Assembly (NCBI GenBank): GCA_964016885.1
Contig: OZ024743.1
Span: 216,070,001-216,134,000, forward strand
Direction of reading: 5' to 3'
Source of the DNA: Eledone cirrhosa
Taxonomy: Eukaryota
DNA length: 64,000 bases
The position numbers and the translations under genes were made by a program. Below the pieces are notes generated by a model, which saw only the letters and a program-made list of their open reading frames with translations, was not told where the DNA came from and did no database searches. Shown one piece after another: positions 41,727-54,881 of the stretch; within the stretch, counting starts at the first letter, position 1; each line of letters begins with the position of its first letter.

Positions 41727-43045
41727 CATACATATATACATACATACATACATACATACATACATACATACATACATACATACATACATACATACATACA
41801 TACATACATACATACATACATACATTTCATCTCTCCCAGTGATTTTGGATTGCTATTGACTCTTAAGAGCTCCTTTGTCCTTTGACAGGTTTTGTTTTTA
41901 GTCCTGCAGGATGTCCAAAGTCGCCCTCCTCACTAAGAAACCTTGGTGGGGTTGCCAGTTTAGTCGCCAACGACCCGACCATGGGACAGGTTGTACTGGG
42001 ATACATGTTACCAGTAGCACCAACTGGTGACCTGACATACATACATGGTGGCTGCCAACTCATTTTCGAGTACGGCAACTACTTTATATCCATGTAGGAG
42101 AACTACTATCGATGCGCTGAACGAGTGTGACATTTTAGTCAAGCCAGCGACTTGAAAACTCTGGTACAAACACTACACTTGTGACAATTATTGACACATA
42201 CTGCTGGGCCCATGGTACCATGTGACGACAAGTGCAGAGAGATCTCCAGATATAAATTAATGCCTGTGGCGTGAAGCTTTTATAGTGAGCAAAGGCACTG
42301 CACAAAGTCAGTCCCACTCTCTTAACCAAGATGATATTTACCAAAAAGAACAAGTCAACATCATTGGTTACCATCAGATTTGCAGGTGTTATATCAGAGT
42401 TTTCCTTCTCCTAGAATTCTGCCTTGACAAAGGCTAAGGGGTCATCTCGCCCGGTGATTTTGGATTGCCATTGACTCTTAAGAGCTCCTTTGCTCTTTGA
42501 CAGGTTTTGTTTTTAGTCCTGCAGGATGTCCAAAGTCACCCTTCTCACCAAGAAACCTTGGTGGGTCCTGCCAATTTAGTCGCCAACGACCCGACCATGA
42601 GACAGGTTGTACTCGGATACATGTTACCAGTAGCACCAACTGGTGACGTACATACATACATACATACATACATACATACATACATACATACATACATACA
42701 TACATACATACATACATACATACATACATACATACATGATGGCTGCCCCCTCCTTATCGATTATTGCCATTGCATGATATATCATTATTAAGAATTAAGA
42801 ATTAATTCTATTGTGCAATGCCTGTGCGTATAAAATATTTTTAATGAGAGGAAAGACTGTGCACTGAACCAATTCCACACTCTGAGCGACAGTCACTATA
42901 ACCCGAAAAGAAGAAAAGATCAACATCATCGGTAACTACTGAGCCGCATGTTTTATATCTGTGTTATCCCAGTTTCCTGAGTTGCCTTCTCCTAGAAGAA
43001 TGCCCTGACAAAGGCTAGGAATCCTTTATTCCCAGTGGTTTAACT
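41727..43045 (-). mobile_element. Tandem stack of a ~600-bp non-autonomous, RTE-UTR-like element with (TATG)n tails
   Basis: Module 41836-42031 is repeated at 42450-42647. CTAGGAGAAGG(A/C)AACTC on the minus strand at ~42400 and ~42980. GGCAGCCAYCATG(TATG)n ends. Confidence 0.7.
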
Positions 43046-45784
43046 GCGCGGTACATGTGTATGTATTTACACGCTTTTTGGATGGCCGTTACATTTATAC
43101 ATACATTTATACATTCATGATCTATAATGTCATGAGGAAATACATTACAATACAATTCATTACGTGTAAGTGTTCCAAAACATACAAATTCAAACGAATG
43201 AAAGAACTATAGTAATTCTGTTTACTCACGTAAAAGTATATTTTAATGCCTTCTTGGCGTAATGTGTCGGGGGAATAAACAATTTAAATTATACTTTTTT
43301 TTTTATTTCCACAGTAACATCAATTGAAAAGGAAATCTTTTCTTATTGTTTAGAAAAATATTTTCTTTTCCAGTTATAAGAAAATAGAACCATATAAAAT
43401 ATAACGCAGGACGTTATCTAAAATGAATTTGTTCAGTTAGCTGCATTGTAATGTTTACCTAAACACCCGTATGTATTTATATGTAGAGAGGTGTACACAT
43501 ATACGCACACACATACATATATGTATAGATATATGAAAAAAAAAATGTATGTATATAAGTATGCACAGACTACGTAAAACACAATAATTTATATATATAT
43601 ATGTGGGTGTGTGTATCCGTATATTTGTGCGCGTAAACATATTTATAACAGATAAATCGATATATTCAGTGTCATGCAGGAACAGTATAATTTTACTTTG
43701 ACAGACTATTAAAAATATTAATTCTGAAACACTATATAACTATATTTACGTAATAAAAAGCATGCATATACTGACATACATACACGGACACACGCATATA
43801 TATATATATATTAAATATATATATAGACACACACGTATATATATATATATATAAATATAATTATGTACATATATGTACATATATGTGTATATATATATAT
43901 ATATCGTTGTGTGTGCATATGTGTGTTTGTGTGTGTATGTGTATATATTTATATATATACATATGTATATACATATATATATATATATACATACATATAT
44001 ATACATGTATATACACACACACACACATATATATATATATGTGTGTGTGTGTGTGTTTGTGAGTGTGTGTGTAGGGGGTATGTGTGTGTGTTTATATATA
44101 TATCTTCAGGCTCAAATTTGTTTTAATAGACAGTCAAATCGATATTACACTGTTTGCGCAAAGGATGTTACGTAACAATTTTTCTCTTCATACGTCTCTA
44201 CTTTTGAAAACGAAATTGAGAGAAAATATATTATCATACCCTAAACAATTATGACATTTATAACGTATCTGGATATACACGTAATAAATTATGTATTCCG
44301 TATTTGAGTTGAGTTGACATTGTAGCAATTATGCGTAACATACATACAGCTGTGTAGTTCTTGAATGTTTGTTTCAACCGAACACAGATTTATGTTGAAT
44401 TTTAGCAACAACCAAACGCGGCATTGCTGTCGTATGCTTTCTATGTTTTTGCTCAAATATAATAATTGCCTTGTGGGTATAGTCAGATGTGTATGACTAT
44501 AAACGAATCTAGAACATATGTCTAATAGTGAGAGTTTCTCACCATTGACGTCCTGAGATGATATAATTCCATCGATATAAGTGTCCGTCGAAGAAAGATA
44601 GGGAGATTATTGAGTTCAAGATAGCTGATGGGCAGGGTGATATTTGCCTGCGGTCGTTTTCTTGGTGTCAGACCTTATAACTGTTGTGTTTTACTCTGGA
44701 CCTTAATGTTTAGCCTCTCGGTCCATCGAGTGCTTTGTGAATGCCTAAAACAACATTACGACAAACAATTGTGTTTCACTATTGCAAACTACATATCACA
44801 CAGGTAAAACTCAAATAGTACAAATCATATTTTGCAAATAGCTTATGCATTCCAAAATCCCATAGAGTGTTCCGAAATAGATCGATAGTAATATCCTTTA
44901 TTGTGAGAGACAAAAGCAAGTGGTATGATGTTTTCTAATCACAGAGTAATGGGGGAAGAGGCACAGGCTGGAAAGTTATGTAACAGAGCTGTCCATAAGT
45001 CGGTAACACACAATTTATATTGGAGATAAACTGTATGTAATTTATCTTCGTTACTACACAATAACCCACAATTATCACAGAGATTTGATCTGTAGTAGTC
45101 GTCGAAAAGACGATCTCATACTTACATTCAAGGTTGGAAAGCTTGTTTGCTACAACAGTGCAGTGATATAGTATTTTATGGCTTTTTCCTTAAAAGAAAG
45201 GATAATAGAAAAGAGGCCAACCCATAAGAATAGACGAAACCAACTATAGCGTGTAGCAGAGAAACTGGAAGAACCACGCCATTATAACGCTTATTTGGAT
45301 AAAGAGGGTGTCACATATGTGAGATTCAGAAAAGATTAAGTAAATATCACAAATTGTATTTCTAAATCGGGTAAACATAGAAAGATTGAACAGTAAATGT
45401 GACGAGGAACAGCTCGCCCTAGATGTAGAGACTCTCCAGTGAGGAGGTGTCGATTTTCTTTGAAATGAATAAGTCTTAAAACATATGAAGCTTACCGCTC
45501 TTCTCCTAACCAAAAAAGTATTTGTAACGTGCCAGACAAAATACAGCTCTGGGAGGAAGTGGTATAAAACTATAATGGATAGAGAAAAATATAGTGTAGA
45601 CTGAAATTACATCGAATCTGATTACGTGACGTTCCAAATCACCAAAATTCAACAGTTTAGCTCATACCTACCCATTCCATATCCGGTAACGAATTTATCT
45701 GAAATTACCAGTTTTGAGAATACACAACAAAAACATCAAATCCGTGGCAAGTATTGTTTACTCAGACGTGTTGTTTGATATATT

Positions 45785-45960
45785 TGCTGGATTGGTATAG
45801 CATGAATACTTTGCCATTACGTTTCTGTGTTAGCTCTTTGTAATGTGAGTTCAATTTCCACTGAGGTAAACTTTGACATTCATCATTCTTGGGTCGATAA
45901 AACGAAACTACTAGGGATGAAATAATCGACTTTCACCTTCTTCGAAATTGTCTGACCTCA
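45785..45960 (+). mobile_element. Old diverged SINE copy
   Basis: GGATTGG..., GAGTTCAATTTCC, TTCATC..GGGTCGATAAAA. Confidence 0.55.
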
Positions 45961-47384
45961 TGCATAAGCTAAACACGTCAATGTTAATTGAGGCTTGCGC
46001 AACAGTTACACCAATACATTTTTAAAAATACCTATTTAACAAAACAAGATAAATAAGCGAGGACACCAATTAACTTATTGTTTAGCGACTTTCAGAGATA
46101 TTCAAAGAAGCCTGTGATTACCTCAGTGATAATAAATCTGTATCTCACGCTGATCGAGATTAGACAAAAATGAAAACATTTATTAATACTATTTGCAGGA
46201 AAAATTAATTAAATATTGATCATACAACAAATTATGCATACATGTCCACCCAAAAATAAACGTATTACTTACTGCAGGAATAAATGAGATTTGGTGAACG
46301 GAAGTCCACATATATTTCTTAAATTCACCGTTAAATGTCATTTGATGGACTAATAATATGAAGTGAGGAAATATTATTCAGGTATATCAGAGATGTTTAG
46401 TGTTAGATAGAAAAATATAGAGATAATTAATGACATTTAAGTCTGTATATTTTGTGTTTAACACAAATTCTGAACTGAGCAACCTATTTTAAAGGGTATT
46501 TTGTTAACTCACTAAATATATTGTCTACTCTTTTATTATTTTACCTATTCCGGCCATCCGGTTGAGGCCTTGTTGGGGCACCGCTCTTGAAAAAGGCGTC
46601 TTTAATCTTGGTCGTGATTGAAACCCAAACGAATATCCCATCGTCTCTAATACCTCCCCACTAAGCCACAGAGACAGCTGTTTACATATATATAAAATTA
46701 AATAATTCTCTCCTGGAACACACATAGGCAATTGCTTCAACATTTGCATTCATATGTATTTATTAAGTTGCAAATTAATATCAATGATGAAATAGATATG
46801 ATTTTCAACCGTCCTTATCGCTATTACGTCCAAGTCGTAGGGCACGGAACGTCCTCTTCAACAATAACTTCGGCTTGACCTAAGAAATATATGAGCAAAT
46901 TAGACAACTACAACGCAGCTAGTTCAATAATTTGTTGTAAAAGAAGCTCACGGAAGGTGTTCTAGGTTATTTAAATAATATGCGGGTCCTTAAAAATAAA
47001 TATATATATATCAACACTCAGTTTGGTCCATTCAATGAAAAACTGTACCTCGAACTTAAATGCAGACTATCTTTGTTAGAGGTGCTTATTTAAAAAAATA
47101 TATATTAGGGATATAATTTTAATTGTTATCAGTTATATTGGTACAAAGTATTAAATATTGCTTGTGTAATAGTCAGCCAGTGATTTTGTAATAGAATTTG
47201 ACACTTTGTTTCGTTTAGCGGAGTTTATTCTTTCACAGTATATGGCGCATTGGCAGATCTATTAGAACGTCGGATAGAAAGCCTTCCTTTATTCATTTCG
47301 ACTCTCTGCTCTCTGAGTTCTAATTCCCCCGAAGTCAATATTGGCTTTCGTAATATTGAGGTCAATAACAAGAGTACCAATCTT

Positions 47385-47690
47385 ATATTAGGGTTAACGC
47401 GGCCTTACCAAGCCCAAATGAAAGCCTCGCCAATGGAACATCTCTTAGCAGAAAGGAGTGGGTAACCCTAAACAGGGCCAGAGCCAATACGGGCTTAACT
47501 GGAGACAACCTCCACAAGTGGGGATTGGCCACCTGCGCTGAGTGCCCCTGCGGCGAGATCTCCCAGACCATAGCCCACATCCTCCTGTGGGTACTCACTA
47601 GGACCCACATGCTCCGACCAAGACCTGATGGAAGCAAACGACGCTGCACTATAATGAATACTAGTGCGACAAGATATGATGATGATGATA
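47385..47690 (+). mobile_element. 3' end of an Ingi/Vingi-like LINE with (GAT)n tail; old SINE remnant just upstream (~47240-47380)
   Basis: GDNLHKWGLATCAECPCGEISQTIAHILL CCHC-type C-terminus. Confidence 0.6.
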
Positions 47691-48376
47691 TTAGGGTTGA
47701 TGCTTCCTCTGTGTCTCTTTTTCACTTGCTCTCACTTTACCTTTGTATTCTTCTCTGGAAGAAATTTGCTGTGTTCAGACACGGAGGTGAATGTGCTCCG
47801 CCTGGCTAAAGATTCCCCCAAAACACCGTATGTCACAACGAAGCCCCTCTGACTCCACCATTAATTACGAGACAATACGTTTTTGCAAGAAATTGAACCA
47901 TGTGAAACATTTGAGGATAACTAATGATTGGGATCTCTAACACATGTCTCCGTGCCAGTCAAATATGTCTGTATAAATTTTGTGTATGGGGAACGCAACG
48001 CAATATTTATCTTAATGTATTACTTTATTGTATATTATGCACTATTTCCACAGATCCTAAGGATCATTTCATATTATTTACGAAATATATTTTATGTATG
48101 ATGTGTGGGTTTTTACGAGTTACTAACCAAATCGACTTTCAGATAGTTAATTTGCAGACATGTGATACAAATGTATTATTTCCAGGTTTCTGACAATAAC
48201 AAATTATCTAGACTTCCGTTGTAAGATTTATGGCAATTATTATGGCGGCAATTCTGGGTTTGATTCATGATCATACGGTCAATTAGGAAAAGAACAAAAG
48301 AGGAACAAAGTAAAAAACAGAACGATGGATTAAAAATAGTTGAAATAAAGAAGCATACCAGATATTATTTATATGT

Positions 48377-48541
48377 CGGTGGAGGGTCGGACGCCATGCT
48401 TTGCAATACAATTACGTCCCTTTGCGGACTGAGTTCAAATCCCGCCGAGGTTAAATTTGTCTTTCATCCTTACGGGGTCGATAAAATAAAGAACCAGTAA
48501 TGCACTGGGTAATTGCTGGCCTTGTGCCAACAGTAGAAACA
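48377..48541 (+). mobile_element. SINE copy with 13-bp TSD
   Basis: TSD ATTATTTATATGT at 48364-48376 and 48542-48554. Confidence 0.85.
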
Positions 48542-48720
48542 ATTATTTATATGTTATAATATCCTACTTAAAACAATTATATATGTTCGTACAGACTCGA
48601 CACATATGGATATATTTATAAGAAAACTCTCCTTCATTATATCTCTTCCATTGTGTCAAATTACGTTTCTCTGTGTTGCCATACACTCACACATGTATAT
48701 ATACTTCCATCTCAATTCTA

Positions 48721-48756
48721 CTTTTGAAAAGCATCAGAACTGCGAAACCGGTAAAG
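48721..48756 (+). ncRNA. Minimal hammerhead motif (U3-A8 variant), ~60 nt before (TA)n
   Basis: CTT-TTGAAAA-GCA tcagaac TGC-GAAA-CCGG-TA-AAG. Confidence 0.7.
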
Positions 48757-49109
48757 GAACCAAATAAATATTCTTAAAAAGACTCCAGTTGCATTTTCGA
48801 TCTCATCTTTTTTCCTTATATATATATATATATATGGATAGCGTTTTTTTTAGGGTGTTATTTTGATAAAATTTGCTCCGGACATGACACCCGTGTCTGA
48901 AAGAACCCGCAGAAGTAGAATCAGCCAGATCCATACAAGTACCATGATTCGAGCTACATGCCGGCGAAACATTTGTAACACGAAATAACCTAAGTCCAGA
49001 AGCATCACTGATTTTTCCTTTTCTTGATAATATTTAAACTCTACTCTGATGAATATCGAGTGCTAATTTTGGCATACCGCCTATGGAAGCACCTTAGCTA
49101 CCACTATAC

Positions 49110-49197
<88 letters not shown>

Positions 49198-49359
49198 ATA
49201 TATAAGCAAGATGTATGGTAGGTCGTATGTGAATCGCGATGATCACGCCTGACCTACCAAATATGCGGCGGTAGCTAGTTAAGCTCTATGCGTATAAGCA
49301 GCGCAGATATATTAATGAAAAAGCACAAAGGAACTATTATGACATTATAACAAATTTAT

Positions 49360-49406
49360 TGCCGACAGCCGTTTCGTCCGACCATATGGTGGGACTTTTC
49401 AAGGCA
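49360..49406 (-). ncRNA. Type-I hammerhead (U3-A8 variant); mirror copy at 51082-51128 (+) has GAAA changed to TTAA
   Basis: TGCC-TTGAAAA-GTCC cACC atat GGTc GGAC-GAAA-CGGCTG-TC-GGCA. Confidence 0.8.
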
Positions 49407-50361
49407 TATAACAAGTGATTGTAAGTTCATTATTTACATCAACGTTTCACTCAAGATTAGCAGTTTGAAATTGTGGTATACATCAGCAGTTCCGTTTGTA
49501 TATTTGGGGTCTATATTCTAAGGGGGTTCTTTTATATTAGTTGTCAGAGTTGTAAAAGGGATGGGTTATGGGGTGTTAAGAGAATTTGAAAAGGGCTTAA
49601 GAGTCAGGGATTGGAGGTTAAAAATTAGATAAAGTATAATTTACGCATTAAAATTAACGCATTAAAAGTAAAAGATTTGGGATCTCGTAGAAGCACCTTA
49701 AAAAATCCCTCAATAAGTGCATAAAGCTTATAAGCCCCAATAAACCTGACAAACCAGAAGCGATTAAGAGACTAAAAAATTAAAAAATAAAAATATAAAG
49801 TTTCATAAAAAAATTCTTTCGAAAGGAAAAAAATGTTCTTCCCCAGAGATCACGTTAAAAAATTTCAGAAAATTTACGAAGTTTTGATAATCCCTACTAA
49901 GTTGAAAGAAACTAATCAATTAAAGGTTAATTCAAAAAGCCTTACAAAAAATCTCTCAGAAAAGGCCCCTTTAATATTTTTAATAAGAACCTCTGCCGAG
50001 AGACCCTTCGAAGAATTAAAATTTTAGAGAGCCTTTAAAGATATATATAAAAACGGATTGAGGAAAATTACAAATTAAAAGTTAAAAATTACGGGATTTG
50101 GGATATCCGAGGAATTTTCAAAGGGCTGCTTCAACAGATACAACGTATGGATAATAGATAAAATAATTTAAGTAATTTAAGTAATTTAATTAGGGAGCAA
50201 TTCAAAGAGATTATCAAGTTGGGCAAGATTAAAGAAAATGATAAGTAAGAAAATACATAAGCAAAAAGACAATAGTTATAAAATGTATTTTTAAGAACGT
50301 ATAAGGTAGCTTCAGTAATCTAATAATGTACTATCAAAAAATTATTATAAAATTATTAATA

Positions 50362-50614
50362 CAGGATTAACAAAGACATAATAATATATTCTTGCCTAGT
50401 TAACAAACAATCAATAAACAATTAACAGTCAGGCAAAATTAGCTCAGGCATATCCCGCGCTCGGATACTTTACACACATACAGCAACACATAGGATTAAC
50501 AAAGACATAATGGTATATTCCTGCCTAATCAACAAACAATCAATAAACAATTGATAGTCAAGAAAATGTACTCAGGGATAACCCACGCACGGATACTTTA
50601 CACACATACAGCAA
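50362..50614. repeat. Two-unit tandem duplication (~128 bp) inside the foldback 3 spacer
   Basis: AGGATTAACAAAGACATAAT...CGGATACTTTACACACATACAGCAA occurs twice. Confidence 0.85.
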
Positions 50615-51158
50615 GATGAACAATACAGGTGACCTTGTGGGTGCGATATCCATCGTGCGCATGTAGTCATCTGCATAGCTCCAGGAAACAGTTGGTCTTG
50701 TTTAAGAGTTCAGAGTTCACGAATCAACTGGGATTCACTATCAGCTGTGTGGACTCTCTGGGAAATGTACTTATGGATCAAATAGCTAGTGGTTGCTAGT
50801 TTTTTAGGAAACTTTATATTTTTATTTTTTATTTTTTTAGTCTCTTAATCTCTTCTGGTTTGTTAGGTTTATTGGGGCTTATAACCTTTATGCACTTATT
50901 GAGGGATTTTTTAAGGTGCTTCTAGGAGATCCCAAATCTTTTACTTTTAATGCGTTAATTTTAATGCGTAAATTATAATTTATCTAATTTTTAGCGGAAC
51001 TGCTGATGTATACCACAATTTCAAACTGCTAATCTTGAGTGAAACGTGATGTAAATAATGAACATACAATTACCTGTTATATGCCTTGAAAAGTCGCACC
51101 ATATGGTCGGACTTAACGGCTGTTGGCAATAAACTTATTATATTGTTCTTTTTCATTA

Positions 51159-51212
<54 letters not shown>

Positions 51213-51340
51213 TCGGGCGTGTATATATAGAGTAGTGTTTTCGAAAGTGACCTAGTCTTCCTCTCAACACGAAATATAAACAGATCTCCTTCAACACTTC
51301 GTTGTTAATCCCTATATTTTATATTTTAATGGTAATGTTT

Positions 51341-51380
51341 AATATTTGATAAGACGGATTATATCGAAACCGGTTATATT
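51341..51380 (+). ncRNA. Minimal hammerhead motif (U3-A8 variant, weak stem II)
   Basis: AATAT-TTGATAA-GA..TC-GAAA-CCGG-TT-ATATT. Confidence 0.6.
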
Positions 51381-51543
51381 TTTTTGTATTCTATAAAACT
51401 CGTTTTCTTTAAACTATGATTTTCTCCCTTTTTCAATAATGACACTTTGACGGATTATACCAAAAAGAAAGAAAACCAAAGTATATAAATATACTACCAT
51501 GCTGTTTTCGTTCTCTCTCTCGCCCATTCTCCCTCTTTATACG

Positions 51544-51577
<34 letters not shown>

Positions 51578-51580
<3 letters not shown>

Positions 51581-52490
51581 GTGGTTACACAACAGTTAGT
51601 TCACCATACCGAGAACAATTGTTTCACCTCAGAGGATACTCAGCTCGTAATGGACATGGTTATACGGAACATGAAGGATAACCGTACGAACACGCATGCG
51701 CAGAACCGTCACTTCACACAGGCAATACTAAAAAGCGTGCGAGAGGTGTAAGCGAGATAACTGCGAAAGTCCGAAAAGTTTCTAGTTGATAAGAAAATTA
51801 GGATGTTGTGATTCAATCCGGGGCGTTGTAATTATGTAAGAGGTGTTTCGCGACGTGAGGGCAACGTGTGAAGAATTCATTTCTCGTATTTAGAAAATCA
51901 CTATTGCATAATCTCTTTAGAATATTTATTCGTTCATCAATACATAGTCCACACGACGTATTCCCCTTGCGTATGGCTTGGACTTAGTGATGGCTTTCCA
52001 TTGAATGGAGTAGTCTATACCTGAGTCCTTGAGGGACCATACGTGGCTCGCGAGATTCGGGGATGAACGTCTGTCCGGGTACCTAAAGGTCGACTGGTGG
52101 TTTAGGAAGCGTTCCTTAAATCGGCCGTCCGCCATACTCACATAGGATTTAACCTCCTGTGGTTGATTTGGTCTGTTGGAAGTGACCACAGCTTCATAAA
52201 TTACAGCGGGTGTGTTGCATTGCTGTTGAAGGGGACAAGCTTCAGGCTTACGGCAAGAGCACCCTGGTTGGGTGTTGCTCTTAGGGCTGTTGGTGATGTA
52301 GGCCTTCATGTTCTTAGCGCAGGAGTATCCTAGTTTTGCTTTGTGTCCGTTAAAGATGGAGCGGTATTTATGACCTATGGGAAAGTGTCTATCTAAGAGG
52401 GCTAGACATGTTTTGCCTAGATTGGTTTTAACGTTGATTGAGAAGGGAGGAGAGAACCAGACAGTTTGTCTATTGTTACGCTTCTACCTA
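51578..52490 (-). mobile_element. Naiad-like Penelope element 3' fragment (linker + GIY-YIG), between (TA)n runs
   Basis: WFSPPFSINVKTNLG, DRHFP, IFN..KLGYSC, CSCRKPEACPL, VIYEAVV, FKERFLNH.STF, VWSLK..IQW, NEF..RCPH. Confidence 0.85.
51610..51647 (-). ncRNA. Hammerhead motif in the Naiad-like 3' UTR (G8 appears mutated)
   Basis: CGAG-CTGAGTA-tCCTC t GAGGt-GAAA-CAATTG-TT-CTCG. Confidence 0.65.
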
Positions 52491-52547
52491 ACTCGTCCCA
52501 TGGACTGAGTGCTCTACCACTACGGATATTACCTTCCAGTGTTCTCC

Positions 52548-52593
<46 letters not shown>

Positions 52594-52595
<2 letters not shown>

Positions 52596-53285
52596 CGAAG
52601 GAAATGTGGTAAGGAACCAGGTGGACCATAACGCAAGAAAGAACTCAATACTTCGGGTAGTAGAGTGGGTAATAGTAACGAGTGGGACCCCAACGGCTGA
52701 GCTCAAGCCGTTTCGACGGCTAATTCTGGACTAATTAAACATTTTTATCCTGGTATTTGCATAGCCGTGCTTCTCAGGGGTTAATTCCATATATGGTAAA
52801 AGTGATTGTCACAAGGATTGGTCAAAAGTTTGTTGTTGAGACATAATACTTCTATCTTGGCAATTTGTGGAGGGAAGGGGTAGCTGAACCTGCCAGTAGA
52901 AGAAAGAGGGAGAGAGGGTGGAGGAAACCCAGTCGTGCGTTGATAGTACCAACTACAGCTGGGCATGAGGTCAAAGAAGTAGTTTCTTCTTTGACCTCAT
53001 GCCCAGCTGTAGTTGGTACTATCAACGCACGACTGGGTTTCCTCCACCCTCTCTCCCTCTTTCTTCTACTGGCAGGTTCAGCTACCCCTTCCCTCCACAA
53101 ATTGCCAAGATAGAATTATTATGTCTCAACAACAAACGTTTGACCAATCCTTGTGACAATCACTGTTACCATATATTGAATTACCCCCTGAGAAGCTCGG
53201 ATATTCAAATACCAGGATAGACAATTTTATTTAGTCCAGAATTAGCCGTAACTGCTTGAGCTCAGCCGTCGGGGTCCCACTCGTT

Positions 53286-53287
<2 letters not shown>
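52594..53287. mobile_element. Foldback insertion 4: ~300-bp arms (52677-52979, 52986-53285), 6-nt loop, (TA)n on both sides
   Basis: Centre TCAAAGAAG-tagttt-CTTCTTTGA; mirror-image 82-aa ORFs in the track; (TA)n at 52551-52593 and 53288-53338. Confidence 0.95.
52687..52781 (-). ncRNA. Hammerhead-like motif with extended stem II and true hairpin stem III; degenerate mirror copy at 53183-53275 (+)
   Basis: ACCC-CTGAGAA-gcACGGCTA..TAGCCGTc-GAAA-CGGCT tgagctc AGCCG-TY-GGGGT; the core has A at position 8. Confidence 0.6.
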
Positions 53288-53341
<54 letters not shown>

Positions 53342-53644
53342 GAGGGGGGGGGGGGGGGGGGGGGGGGGGTAATATTGTTTTTTGTAAAGTGACACAGACT
53401 TAATTGAATTATTTAGTGTTTGTGAAAACAACGAAGGTATGTCGGTCCTATTCGATAACTTCATGTCATTATCATCTTAAACCCCAAGTAGACTCAGTTT
53501 CTGCCTTCTCTATGGAACATCTTCGTGGATTGTTCATATCATTTTCAATTTGAATAAGTGCCGACGTGTTTCCAGTGAACGTTCAACACTTGCTTACCTC
53601 CTCTTTACTGTCACGTGTCACTGAAATTCAAGGTCACTACTACA

Positions 53645-53726
53645 CTTTACCTTTCATCCTTACTGGGTCGATAAAATAAAGTACTGGGTAATTGCTGGCC
53701 TAGTGCCTAAAGTAGAAACAATTATT
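53645..53726 (+). mobile_element. 5'-truncated SINE
   Basis: CCTTTCATCCTTACTGGGTCGATAAAATAAAGTAC...GTAGAAACAATTATT. Confidence 0.8.
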
Positions 53727-53739
53727 ATATATAGAATAA

Positions 53740-54130
53740 TAAATTAAATGTAGCAAGTATGGCTTTTAACCTAACCACGTCGTTCCGATTACCGAAAGCT
53801 GAAGCTGCCGTATTACTAGAGCAGCTCCGGCAATTCTTGCACTTAGTTCTGAATCCTAACTTCCTTCAACCGTTATCACAGCTCCAAGATAATTGAAATT
53901 CTCGACCTGTATCAATGGAACTCCATTCACATTTCCAATACATTGTGCTTACATCCTTGATATGACGATCCTCTCAGTTTTCACGGTACTGATTTTCATT
54001 CCGGCTGAGCCGTATTCTGCAACCATCCCATCATGTGAAAAGCGAAGGGTGATACAGCTTGGCACAATTGACGTTGCAAATCATTTCTGCAAGTGAGTGA
54101 ACTGAACTAAACATCTATTTAATCAGCAAA
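53740..54130 (-). mobile_element. Degenerate RTE LINE RT fragment
   Basis: Minus-strand VNGVPLIQVENFNYLGAVIT..SELSARIAGA. Confidence 0.6.
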
Positions 54131-54816
54131 AGAAAAGAAAAAGTAATCCCCGAAACTGAAAAGCCATATAACTCCAGCTATATATTGAAATTAGCCCACA
54201 CTAACAAGGAAAAAATACATTTATATGCTAACATCTTTTATTCTTACACAGTCAGGTATTTCTAGATGTCCGCGCTGGCTGTGAAGATTAATTATCAAGG
54301 TTGTTCCACTTGTAACCAATTTTACTTTTTGAAAAGCTTGTATCCATATCGATTAAACTGTTACAATTTTAGGAAAGCAAGGTATATGTTGAGAGACAGT
54401 TGATGGCTGTTTCACAGTGGATTTTGTTTTGAGCAACTTCCGCAGGTACTAATTTGACGTGAGTCACCAAGGTTGATTCTCTAAATGTACAAACACATAT
54501 TCATATATACGTGCTCATGTATACACTCAAACATTTCATTACAAATATGTATACGCCAACACACCCAAACACGCACACATATATATATATGATGGGGGGT
54601 GGGGGAGTGTATGTATTTAACGCATATGTATCTGTGTGCCTTTAGGCGTACCTTTCTAACAACGTAGGCGCTACGAATATGAATTCCTTTCATCGGAAAC
54701 AAAAAATTACTGAAACAGGAAGAAAGAAATATATTATATGTCATGCCAAACGAGATGTATTGAGGATATACATACATAAATCACACAATGTTTGGAGAAG
54801 TATATGGAAAATCTAT

Positions 54817-54881
<65 letters not shown>

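Larger units (their letters stand above)
49310..51161. mobile_element. Foldback insertion 3: arms ~49310-49812 and ~50800-51161, ~1-kb spacer, HHR in each arm
   Basis: Arms mirror each other, and the right arm lacks ~49495-49617. (TA)n at 49114-49203 and 51163-51211. Confidence 0.85.

Noticed and set aside
52852-53113. Two mirror 82-aa ORFs as a bidirectional gene pair
   Set aside because: They are a by-product of the DNA palindrome and have no domain features.
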